This document shows positions 1 to 7,864 of a stretch of 32,329 nt of DNA, piece by piece; the first letter of the stretch is position 1, and each line of letters begins with the position of its first letter. The stretch is taken from positions 1 to 32,329 of IMG/VR virus record IMGVR_UViG_3300044724_000778; one strand, given 5' to 3'. A program made the translations under genes and the position numbers. The stretch is from a virus. Its lineage: Duplodnaviria; Caudoviricetes. The notes below the pieces were generated by a model. That model saw only the letters and a list, made by a program, of their open reading frames with translations. It did no database searches and was not told the DNA's origin.

Positions 1-859
1 TCTTGTAGTTGCTCAGTTCTTCCTCGTCATAGGTTGGAAGATACTTGATGTCCCACTCACATACATGAGGATACATCTGCTTAAGGTCATAGACATTGTA
101 GTCCATATCATCACGCTCTAAAAGCAATCTTACAATTACATAACGATTTCTGTGGTCGTTTACATCGTTCAGAGTTCTAGGTGTGACGGTCAGGTGGATA
201 GGGCCTGTGGTCATGTCCACAAACTCTACAGTCTCATCCTCCACAATTGCGTAAAACTTGTCTCCTCCATCGTGGAAGCATGTAGAGTACGGTGTACCCA
301 GGACTTTGATGTTCTCTCTCGTATGATGCTGGTGGATGTGTCCCAGGATACTTGTATTAGTAAAATCATCAGGACAAATAGCAAAATCGGCATCGCCAGC
401 ATTATTGAGAGAACCTTCATAGCCAAAATGACCAAAAACAATAGCACCGTCAGGAGACTTAGCCAACTCCTCTTTAATAACCTGCTCATCCTCATAGTGT
501 GGAATGAAATGGTAGTTGCCTACGACAGTAGGTTTCGTAATGACCTTAATGCTGCCCGCAGATGAGAAGACAGCGTTGCGCTCCAATAAACTAAGAATGG
601 TAATACCATCGTCAGCTTTGCTGGCGCTGTCATGATTACCTCGCAAGATGAACACATTTTTCTTTACTCCTTGAAATAGATTTCTTACATCGAGAATACA
701 TTCAGGTGAAGGACTCCGCTTGTCAAAGACATCACCGAGAAATACGACATTATCAGAAGCCACTCCTTGAATGAGATCTCGGATACATTGGATCTGGCAT
801 AGCCGTAGTTCCCTGTTCGTGTTGTGGAAGTGTGTGTCTCCAATTACTAGTGTCCTCAT
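1..859 (-). CDS. Mre11/SbcD-like metallophosphoesterase recombination nuclease (T4 gp47-like), partial, runs off the left edge; missing from the ORF track
   Basis: ATG at 859 overlaps the thyX stop (ATGA). My translation MRTLVIGDTHFHN...VFLGDVFD...ILRGNHD...VFGHFG...ILGHIH...VLGTPYS has the calcineurin-like motifs DxH, GD, GNHD, GH and GHxH. Confidence 0.88.
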   Translation of the reverse strand, partial: MRTLVIGDTHFHNTNRELRLCQIQCIRDLIQGVASDNVVFLGDVFDKRSPSPECILDVRNLFQGVKKNVFILRGNHDSASKADDGITILSLLERNAVFSSAGSIKVITKPTVVGNYHFIPHYEDEQVIKEELAKSPDGAIVFGHFGYEGSLNNAGDADFAICPDDFTNTSILGHIHQHHTRENIKVLGTPYSTCFHDGGDKFYAIVEDETVEFVDMTTGPIHLTVTPRTLNDVNDHRNRYVIVRLLLERDDMDYNVYDLKQMYPHVCEWDIKYLPTYDEEELSNYK

Positions 860-1524
860 ACTAATGCTCTCCAGGCGACTGGGAACAGTTCTGACATGAT
901 ATCGTCGATTGCAAATGCGTAGTGTTGGGTTTCCTCTTGTGCGTTGTTTTCACTACGCTGTAACGCAACGCGAGCAAATGATGCAAGGGATCCAGTCCAG
1001 TACCATTCTGTGTACATGCACTGTGGCAGGATACCCCTTGCAATCTCAGGGGCAAGGCCCTCTATAATAGACACATCATATGCGTCTCTAGCAAGATTGA
1101 CAGCCTGCTTGTAGATGTCGTAGACTCTCTCCTTGCCTTCGATCTCCTTATCACCTGAGCCTTGCTTAATGCTTTTGTCAGGACGCTCACGCCAGTAATT
1201 AGGAGTGTAGAAATCAGGTTCAAAATCAACATAACGGCGCGAGATCTCATTTTCTACCATGCCTACCTTATGCTTGAAGAGTTGAGTCCTCACAAAGATC
1301 GGCGCTTTTATGTGAAATTGAACCTGAGGATGGGCGAATGGGGTCCAGTGGTTATGCTTTGCAAGATAGTTGATGAGCTTCTCATCTTTCTCCGTTAGTT
1401 CCTTGCTCACCTTACTGAAAGAAACTCGCGCAGCATTAACCACTGTAAGATCGGACCCCATCCAATCTATAAGACGGACGAAGCCGTGATCTAAACATTC
1501 GACAGTATAATTTTTATCAATCAT
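856..1524 (-). CDS. thyX: Flavin-dependent thymidylate synthase
   Basis: VVNAARVSF, YLAKHNHWTPF, APIFVRTQLFKHKVG...NEISRRY (variant of the ThyX RHRxxS...SxRY motif), APEIARGILP. Confidence 0.95.
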   Translation of the reverse strand: MIDKNYTVECLDHGFVRLIDWMGSDLTVVNAARVSFSKVSKELTEKDEKLINYLAKHNHWTPFAHPQVQFHIKAPIFVRTQLFKHKVGMVENEISRRYVDFEPDFYTPNYWRERPDKSIKQGSGDKEIEGKERVYDIYKQAVNLARDAYDVSIIEGLAPEIARGILPQCMYTEWYWTGSLASFARVALQRSENNAQEETQHYAFAIDDIMSELFPVAWRALV

Positions 1525-2629
1525 TAAAATACTCCAATAACTCTGTGATGTTTAGGACGGCTCCGTCCTTGTAATGAACCTCTTGACCATCGCCAAATGA
1601 ACGACCTACTTCAGCGTCGATCTTGAGGGGTACTTCAAAGTGGATGTTGAAATCCTTGCGGAGAGTAGGCGTCTCCACCAACTCATTATAGCACACTTCA
1701 AGGCACTCTTGCAAAGAATTCTTCGGGCATGTTATCTCAAGTGAGTCGTGGACAGTAGATACAATCTTAGCTCCCGTTGCTGGTAGAGATTGGCTAAGTC
1801 CCTTGATGCCACAAAGGATGATGTCCGATGCTGCTGACTGGATAGTAAAGTTAAGACCCTGGCGTAGAGCCCTGCGAACAATCTTATCATCCTTAGACCT
1901 GACATTAGGTAGCCTTCGCTTGCGTCCGAAGATAGAGGTAATGTAACCGTCCTCCCTGATCATCTCGTAGGTATTGTTGATATACGATCCGATACCTGGG
2001 AAGACCTCCATGTAAGTGTTGATGATATGCTCTGCTCGGTCTAGTGAAATTCTGTTATTGTTAGCGAGCGTAAAAGCAGTACCACCATATACGATGAGGA
2101 AGGAGGTTGCCTTAGCAATCTGCCGCTCCTCTTTTTGCACCTTCTCAGCGGACTTGTTGAACAAGAGTGAGGCAGAGTAGGTGTGTAGATCGACGCCATC
2201 TTTGAATGCCTTACACATGCGCTCATCTTCTGCTACATGCGCGAGAACTCTAAGTTCCATGCCTGCATAGTCGATAGTAATGAACGCCTGATCCTCAGGT
2301 GCTACAAAGATGCGTCGAATGTTATTGTTAGTATCCCGAGGAAGCGTATGGAATGATACACCCATCGCCTTCTCAGCATTGTAGGAGCCGCAAGAGAGCC
2401 GACCTGTAACTGTGCCATCGAGCTTGTAGTCACAGTAGACCTTGTTACGACCATTGTATTCAATAGCCGTGTGTAAACCCCGAATGTAGGTCTTGTGTAG
2501 CTTCGCTGCCGCACGATAGTCCAACAGCCCAGCGATCCACTCTCTTGCTTGTTCTAGTTCCTCAGTTGAACGCTCTTGCAGAACACTACGAGCGGTCAGC
2601 TTTTCTTGATCTTCTCGTCTTCTTCGCAC
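1517..2629 (-). CDS. polA: Family A DNA polymerase, C-terminal part (end of thumb, palm, fingers); part 3 of a split polymerase
   Basis: LLDYRAAAKLHKTY, GTVTGRLS, motif A DYAGMELRVLAH, motif B RQIAKATSFLIVYG, GYITSIFGRKRRLP, NFTIQSAASD, motif C TVHDS. The GTG start has only a weak SD and the frame is closed by TGA three codons upstream. Confidence 0.95.
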   Translation of the reverse strand: MRRRREDQEKLTARSVLQERSTEELEQAREWIAGLLDYRAAAKLHKTYIRGLHTAIEYNGRNKVYCDYKLDGTVTGRLSCGSYNAEKAMGVSFHTLPRDTNNNIRRIFVAPEDQAFITIDYAGMELRVLAHVAEDERMCKAFKDGVDLHTYSASLLFNKSAEKVQKEERQIAKATSFLIVYGGTAFTLANNNRISLDRAEHIINTYMEVFPGIGSYINNTYEMIREDGYITSIFGRKRRLPNVRSKDDKIVRRALRQGLNFTIQSAASDIILCGIKGLSQSLPATGAKIVSTVHDSLEITCPKNSLQECLEVCYNELVETPTLRKDFNIHFEVPLKIDAEVGRSFGDGQEVHYKDGAVLNITELLEYFND

Positions 2630-3098
2630 GGTCGTTCAACTCATCTGTAATAAAGTCTAGTAGTTCGTCAAGGGTCGCCTTATCCGTTGACGGTTCACCC
2701 TTGCCTGTTCTCTTCGGAGGATATAGTAGGAAGCCCTGCTCGTCAGTATAAAGAATCTCTCGTAAATCCACAGTAGATGCGAAGTTAGCACCACGCTTCA
2801 CTTGCTTATACATAAGAAGCTCGTCCTCCTTAGACATAGACTGCTTGTCAAGACTCTTACCCACAGAGCCTAGCTCCTCTGGTGCTACATGCAGACCCTC
2901 ATACTCCATCTCAGAGAACACAGGTAGCACAGGTGACAGTAGCTTCTCCATCACATGCCAGCAACCTTCATCTTGTAGTAACTCTTCTAGTTTGTGGAAA
3001 AGTCGAAGAGTAAAGTGAGTATCCATAGCGTTGCCATGGAGACAATCGCCCAGCGGAATGTTAGCCCAATCAAAGTTCTTATCATTTACTGTTAGCAT
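2586..3098 (-). CDS. polA: Family A DNA polymerase, middle part (ExoIII helix and N-terminal thumb); part 2 of a split polymerase
   Basis: FDWANIPL...GNAMDTHFTLRLF (ExoIII region), PVFSEMEYEGLHV (PolA 'ME.xG'), NFASTVDLREILY (NxxSxxQL) and TGKGEPSTDKATLDEL (thumb tip). Confidence 0.9.
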   Translation of the reverse strand: MLTVNDKNFDWANIPLGDCLHGNAMDTHFTLRLFHKLEELLQDEGCWHVMEKLLSPVLPVFSEMEYEGLHVAPEELGSVGKSLDKQSMSKEDELLMYKQVKRGANFASTVDLREILYTDEQGFLLYPPKRTGKGEPSTDKATLDELLDFITDELNDRAKKTRRSRKADRS

Positions 3099-4108
3099 TA
3101 GAGTTGATCAATACCTTCTGGGAAGAATAGCTTGACGAGTTCCTTCAAGCTCTTGGGAACATCCTCGTTCCACAGGTGAGCCATCAGCTTAGTATCATAG
3201 ACATTGGTTGGGTAGATTCCAACATTGTGTAGGAATTTCAGGTCGAACTTCGCATTGTGAAACACTTTACGATTGTTCGGGTTCTCTAAGATCTTCTTGA
3301 TAACTTTGAGAATGTAGTCAGTATCCTCCCAAGGAGTATCCTTGTGTAGAAGAGGGATAGCGTAGTTCTTATCCCTGGCAGAGATAGCAATCGTGTTGAG
3401 CTTATCAGTCAGGAAGTTCAGACCTGTGGTCTCAGTATCCACAGCAATATCTTCGTCTGTATCAGACAGCCAAAGGATATGATCTAGATCATCATCGCAC
3501 ATAATAAGTTCGACAGGAATCTTCTCTGCCTTGATGCCTGTGATCACCTTGGCAAGTGCATTCTTAATGTCCTGCTCAAAGATGTATCTGTTCTTAGGTT
3601 CTGTGTGTACAGCGTAAGGGTGAAAGATAGGTACACATACGAACTGGTGATTACCCGTGTCGATATTGAATGCGTTGCCTCTCTTGGTTGTGATACCAGA
3701 CTTCTTAGTCACCATCTTGAACGCAAGGTTTCCACATGCGAACACTAGCTTGGGCTTGACCTTATCAATCGTAGCCCATAGGTGCTGGCGACAAGCGTGA
3801 GTGTCAGCAGTCTTCATCTCTGACTCACGCACAGAAGGACACTTTACGGCAGCAGAGAAGGTAATTCTAGCGTCCCCTGGGAGATCTGATTCCACAAGGA
3901 TACTAGTAAGCGTCTCCACATCTCGGCTGTTAAAAGGATTACTCCTGCCATTATGAAAGACGAAAGAATCAGAAAGAAAAAGGACATCAGCCTCGTCCAG
4001 AGCATCATAATCTTGGATGCAATGGGTTGGCTTGTTCTTTTTGAGTTGGGAACATCCTTGACAGAACTGGTGAATTGGGGCTTCTTCATATAGGTTTGAA
4101 AGTTGCAT
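3098..4108 (-). CDS. Family-4 uracil-DNA-glycosylase-like domain fused to the N-terminal part of a 3'-5' exonuclease; part 1 of a split SPO1-type polymerase
   Basis: CQGC, AVKCP, HACRQHL...KPKLVFACGNLA and IFHPY match family-4 UDG. ExoI AVDTETTGL, ExoII FHNAKFDLKFL and YDTKLMAHL...SLKEL follow. The TAA stop overlaps the next ATG (TAATG). Confidence 0.9.
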   Translation of the reverse strand: MQLSNLYEEAPIHQFCQGCSQLKKNKPTHCIQDYDALDEADVLFLSDSFVFHNGRSNPFNSRDVETLTSILVESDLPGDARITFSAAVKCPSVRESEMKTADTHACRQHLWATIDKVKPKLVFACGNLAFKMVTKKSGITTKRGNAFNIDTGNHQFVCVPIFHPYAVHTEPKNRYIFEQDIKNALAKVITGIKAEKIPVELIMCDDDLDHILWLSDTDEDIAVDTETTGLNFLTDKLNTIAISARDKNYAIPLLHKDTPWEDTDYILKVIKKILENPNNRKVFHNAKFDLKFLHNVGIYPTNVYDTKLMAHLWNEDVPKSLKELVKLFFPEGIDQL

Positions 4109-4118
4109 TGGGGTTTAC

Positions 4119-4129
4119 ACTATAATAGT
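4119..4129. promoter_or_regulatory. Quasi-palindromic ACTATAATAGT; candidate bidirectional -10 element for the divergent polymerase part 1 and gp55-like genes
   Basis: TATAAT on + (4121-4126) and TATTAT on - (4127-4122) within a 26-bp intergenic gap; no correctly spaced -35 seen. Confidence 0.55.
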
Positions 4130-4134
4130 TAAGT

Positions 4135-4485
4135 ATGAGTAGACATTACATAGACAACAAACGCTTCGAGGAGTTAATAGTATTATACCTCCAAGATCGA
4201 AAGACTCACGAAGAAGAATTGTTTTCTATGTTCGACTTGCTTATCTCTAATGTCATGGGTGCATTCAACTTTGATGTTGATCCCGAAGACGCAAAGCAAG
4301 ATTGTTTCGTATTAATATTGAAGACGCTCCAAAATTTCAATCCTGAAAAAGGGAGCGCCTTCAATTTCTTTACCACAGTTATTGTTAATAATCTAAAGTT
4401 GGTTTACACAAAAGATAAAAAGTACGCCGAGAAGATCAAGGCGTTTGAGGAACTGCAAGGGTATCGAGGCCCAACTCAGCCCTGA
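4135..4485 (+). CDS. gp55: T4 gp55-like late-transcription sigma factor
   Basis: HYIDNKRF, EDAKQDCF...LQNFNPEKGSAFNFFTTVI and KDKK resemble gp55-family HYVNN.../FDPEKS.NPFAYFTQII/KEKKQ. Confidence 0.75.
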   Translation: MSRHYIDNKRFEELIVLYLQDRKTHEEELFSMFDLLISNVMGAFNFDVDPEDAKQDCFVLILKTLQNFNPEKGSAFNFFTTVIVNNLKLVYTKDKKYAEKIKAFEELQGYRGPTQP

Positions 4486-4768
4486 TCGACATGGGGTTAT
4501 CGAAAACCTGAGTCTTCTTACCCTCTACCAATACTAGGCTGGGCGTAGGTGCCTTGAAAATGCAGTACGCATGAGGTAGTTCAAAGTAGTCGATCTCATA
4601 GAAGTCGATCAGACTCTCCTCAAACTCCTCGTTCATTTCCTGAACAATCTTCTCAGATTGCTTATCCCAAGGAGAGGTGATGAAGAACATCGTTGTCTCC
4701 TTAGACTGTCGGCAGTTCCTGAGAATCTTATTCAGGTGATTCTCACTCTTCAGTTTCTTCAGTTTCAT
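4436..4768 (-). CDS. Thioredoxin-fold-like protein lacking the CxxC active site
   Basis: 110 aa. FFITSPWDKQS sits at the FxAxWCxxC position; FYEIDYFELP and PTPSLVLVEGKK match the thioredoxin F.KVDVDE.P and cis-Pro IPTLLLFK.GK segments. Confidence 0.55.
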   Translation of the reverse strand: MKLKKLKSENHLNKILRNCRQSKETTMFFITSPWDKQSEKIVQEMNEEFEESLIDFYEIDYFELPHAYCIFKAPTPSLVLVEGKKTQVFDNPMSIRAELGLDTLAVPQTP

Positions 4769-5072
4769 TTGTTTCTTCTTCTACGATTTCAGGTTCAGCA
4801 CCTGCTTCCTCTTCAGCAGCTTTCTTATGAGCTTCCATAGTCTTCTCAATGATAATACGCTCCATCTGCTGAAGGCCGATCATAAATGCAGACTTAGTGA
4901 AGTCCTCTTCTGAGATGCCGTTGGTGTTCACAGCATCATAAAAGTTCTTAAACGCTACTGCTTCCTGTTCGGAAAGGTTAAATTGGATTTTCATTCTATT
5001 GTTTCTCCTGTGTAGGATTCTGGTTTTCTTGATAGTAATCTTTTTGGAAAGCAATTCGTCGTGATCGCTCAT
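4743..5072 (-). CDS. Hypothetical protein, possibly ribbon-helix-helix-like, with acidic tail
   Basis: KIQFNLSEQEAVAFKNF...GISEEDFTKSAF has a strand-helix-helix pattern; C-terminus is Glu-rich. Confidence 0.55.
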   Translation of the reverse strand: MSDHDELLSKKITIKKTRILHRRNNRMKIQFNLSEQEAVAFKNFYDAVNTNGISEEDFTKSAFMIGLQQMERIIIEKTMEAHKKAAEEEAGAEPEIVEEETNETEETEE

Positions 5073-5075
5073 GTT

Positions 5076-5085
5076 CTATAATAGT
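5076..5085. promoter_or_regulatory. CTATAATAGT; second candidate bidirectional -10 element
   Basis: Same 10-mer as 4120-4129, again in a short (29-bp) gap between divergent genes. Confidence 0.55.
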
Positions 5086-5101
5086 ACGGAAGTAAATACT
5101 A

Positions 5102-5629
5102 ATGGAAGATAATTACGATTTATCGAAACTCAGGACCAAGCCCAAGCGAAAGAATAGTAGAGCGAAGGGTGCGGCCTTCGAGAACAAAGTCGCCAAAATA
5201 CTCAACGAGAGGTTTGATACAAATGAATTCGCCAGAACACCAGGGTCAGGAGCTTTCGCAACGACACATACGCTACCGAAACATCTACAAATCCAGGGAG
5301 ATCTTATCACTCCTCAAGCATTTGCATACATTATAGAATGCAAGAAGGGTTATAACAACCTCGGCTTCAACTCCATGTTAGATTTTCAATCAAAACTTTG
5401 GGAGTGGATAGGACATATGGAGCGGGACGCGGCGTCAGCAGAAAAGCTACCGATTCTTTTTATGGCCCAGGACAGGCAGCCTATCATATCAATACTTAGG
5501 TATAAAGAAGAAATAATAAACTATACTGATTCATATAGTACATTAACAAGTAAAGAAGGTATAGAGTACATTATGTTATACATGGATGACCTTCTTAAGA
5601 TACATAATCAGTTCTTCTACTTAGACTAG
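5102..5629 (+). CDS. Holliday-junction resolvase-like PD-(D/E)xK nuclease
   Basis: NSRAKGAAFENKVAKIL, FARTPGSGA, GDLI and IIECKKGY form a typical phage Hjc-like resolvase pattern. Confidence 0.8.
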   Translation: MEDNYDLSKLRTKPKRKNSRAKGAAFENKVAKILNERFDTNEFARTPGSGAFATTHTLPKHLQIQGDLITPQAFAYIIECKKGYNNLGFNSMLDFQSKLWEWIGHMERDAASAEKLPILFMAQDRQPIISILRYKEEIINYTDSYSTLTSKEGIEYIMLYMDDLLKIHNQFFYLD

Positions 5630-7858
5630 ATCTAAGTTCTCTTCTGTAGATGGGATGTAGGCGTTAACTGCAACCCTATTCCTCTCATTGTTAAGTTCTA
5701 CTTTCATACCTCCATCAATCCTTAAGCCTGATCTGCCGAAGGTGAATCCTCTCTTACCACTTAAAACCTGTTCGACACTCTTCATCACTTCACCATTTTG
5801 ATTATACACATGGCTTTCATTTGTTCCAGTCTTTGTAGTAACTCCCATAACATTTTCTGAGGTAGAGTCTAAGCCTGCATCAACACCTAGTAGAAGCATG
5901 GCGTGTAACATAGGATCATCTTTATCCATTTCAGACTTACCTCTATCAGCTAGAGACTTTTCAATGATCTTCATCTGCATCTCCTTCTCCATATAAGTAG
6001 AGAATCTAGACAAAGACCTAGCATCAATAGTTCCATCAGGGCCTCTTAATGATTTTAAATACATAGGATCATTAAGAGGCATGTCTATATCATAAGTTCT
6101 CATCATGAGTTCCAGATGATTTGTTATAGCTTGTTGTGCTTGCTTAGGTGTTTTACCAATAACATCTAACTGATCATTAGCCACTATGTCCCTACAGAAA
6201 TTGGCCGCACCTGTTAGTTTAGTTAACTCAGTCCTTGCAGCATCAAACTGTTGTGTGGACATACCTGCATTTACCATGCGTTGTCTAACCACAGACTCAT
6301 GTTTACCCAATCTTACACCACTTCCATAGCGTTCACCCAGTCCTACGAAACCATAAGTAGACCCTGCCTTAGTCTCTGTACCACCTGAGTAAGTCTTTAA
6401 AGATACACCAGCAGCATAATAATCACCTCCTGCTGTACCTCCATTAGAAATTATGGTCTTCTGTGTAGTCTTATCAAGGTCCTCAAATTTGACTTTTTGG
6501 ACGAATGGTTTTAGAGCAGGATCAGTAGGAGGTTGTGACCATACAAGCATGTTGTCAGCCTTAAAGCCTTTACCTACATCACCTTCTCCTACTCTAGACA
6601 CGAAGTCTGGTTTGAATCTTCTGTAGAACTCAGTCCTAGGAAGAACATGGCCTGTAATTATCTTGGTAACCACATCCTGTATTTCTTTAGGTGTTCCTTT
6701 AGTAAGACCTATCTGCTCCATGGATGCTACTAGTTCCGCATCAGCTTCACTCATCATACCACGGTTAAGTTGTAGAACCTTTACAATACTATCCTTGTAT
6801 TGTTTCGCCATGTTCTCAATGATTGGAGCAGCCTTATCTATCTCACCTCTGGCGATATAGTGAGCAGCTATTTCTAATATCTCAGAGGTTTCTTTAACAG
6901 CATTTGAATAGTTGAAGCTGTCCTTAGCGAAATCAAAACTATCAATTGCTAAAGTCTCTCCATCTTCTAGTAGTTCCTTGTTTTGTTTCTCGAACTTCTT
7001 AGCCTCAGTCTCATACTGATTTATCAATTCAGTAAGAGCGTGCTTTTCACTTGGCATGATACACACTCCAGCCAAGGATCGACCATCAACCTTTAGGAAC
7101 ACCTGACCCTTTTTATTCTTGTATAGAAGCTGCTTCATTTTCCTAAGGTCTTCCAGGATGTTTTCAGGCTTACGAGCACCTCGTTTTAGTTGATCTGTTA
7201 GAGTCGCTATCCTCTCATACTGTTTCATAGCCCTCTTTACTTGAGATTCACTAGGAGGTTCTCGTTCAAATACTTTTACATCATCTCCACCTTCATCCGC
7301 AGCTTGCTCAACAAATAACATGTTACGCTCTAACATTCTTCTAGACATACTTCTAATACTATTGTTGGCGTTAGAGAAGAACTGTCCATGAAGTTTCGCT
7401 TCACGGGTATTCGTGTCAAGAACATTCTCTAGTCCAAAGAGCTTTGTAAACAATGACAGTACCGCGTCACCTAATCCTGGAAATCCCTGGTTCAACTCGT
7501 CAACAGTTTCCGTCTGTCTCTGCTGCTTCTCCATCTCCTGCCTTTCGGCTTTGGACATGACAGGTTGTTTCGCGGTAGTTCCTGCTCCTGACAAGAACGC
7601 GGCTAGATCGTCGTAGCCTTCAGACCCTGGACCGTCTACTTTATTTGCTCTAGCGTTAGGCTCATCTCTTTGAAAGCTTATAGTTCCTCGGGTAGTCTTC
7701 CATATCTTACCCTTTCCACCTCCAGCACCATCGAGTATACCGGGGGTCTTTATACTGTCACCAGCAAGACCTATAGCCTGTTCAGGTGTCATAGCTTGTG
7801 GAGCTTGTTCGTGCAGACTGCGATAGCTTTCAAGTAGTTGTATGGCAAACTTCTTCAT
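5621..7858 (-). CDS. Large hypothetical protein, probable internal virion protein; possible PD-(D/E)xK-like motif
   Basis: 745 aa. N-terminus LLESYRSLHE resembles gp21-cleavable leaders; contains KADNMLV...GVSLK. Confidence 0.6.
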   Translation of the reverse strand: MKKFAIQLLESYRSLHEQAPQAMTPEQAIGLAGDSIKTPGILDGAGGGKGKIWKTTRGTISFQRDEPNARANKVDGPGSEGYDDLAAFLSGAGTTAKQPVMSKAERQEMEKQQRQTETVDELNQGFPGLGDAVLSLFTKLFGLENVLDTNTREAKLHGQFFSNANNSIRSMSRRMLERNMLFVEQAADEGGDDVKVFEREPPSESQVKRAMKQYERIATLTDQLKRGARKPENILEDLRKMKQLLYKNKKGQVFLKVDGRSLAGVCIMPSEKHALTELINQYETEAKKFEKQNKELLEDGETLAIDSFDFAKDSFNYSNAVKETSEILEIAAHYIARGEIDKAAPIIENMAKQYKDSIVKVLQLNRGMMSEADAELVASMEQIGLTKGTPKEIQDVVTKIITGHVLPRTEFYRRFKPDFVSRVGEGDVGKGFKADNMLVWSQPPTDPALKPFVQKVKFEDLDKTTQKTIISNGGTAGGDYYAAGVSLKTYSGGTETKAGSTYGFVGLGERYGSGVRLGKHESVVRQRMVNAGMSTQQFDAARTELTKLTGAANFCRDIVANDQLDVIGKTPKQAQQAITNHLELMMRTYDIDMPLNDPMYLKSLRGPDGTIDARSLSRFSTYMEKEMQMKIIEKSLADRGKSEMDKDDPMLHAMLLLGVDAGLDSTSENVMGVTTKTGTNESHVYNQNGEVMKSVEQVLSGKRGFTFGRSGLRIDGGMKVELNNERNRVAVNAYIPSTEENLDLV

Positions 7859-7864
7859 CGTATT

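Noticed and set aside
152-565. Track ORFs 152-565 (+) and 226-495 (-)
   Set aside because: Shadow frames of the gp47/Mre11-like gene (1-859, -), which has full catalytic motifs.
2586-3110. Group I intron, intein or T4 gene 60-style bypass as the cause of the polymerase split
   Set aside because: The parts abut or overlap with no intervening sequence, no intein termini (C/S...HN) and no homing endonuclease.
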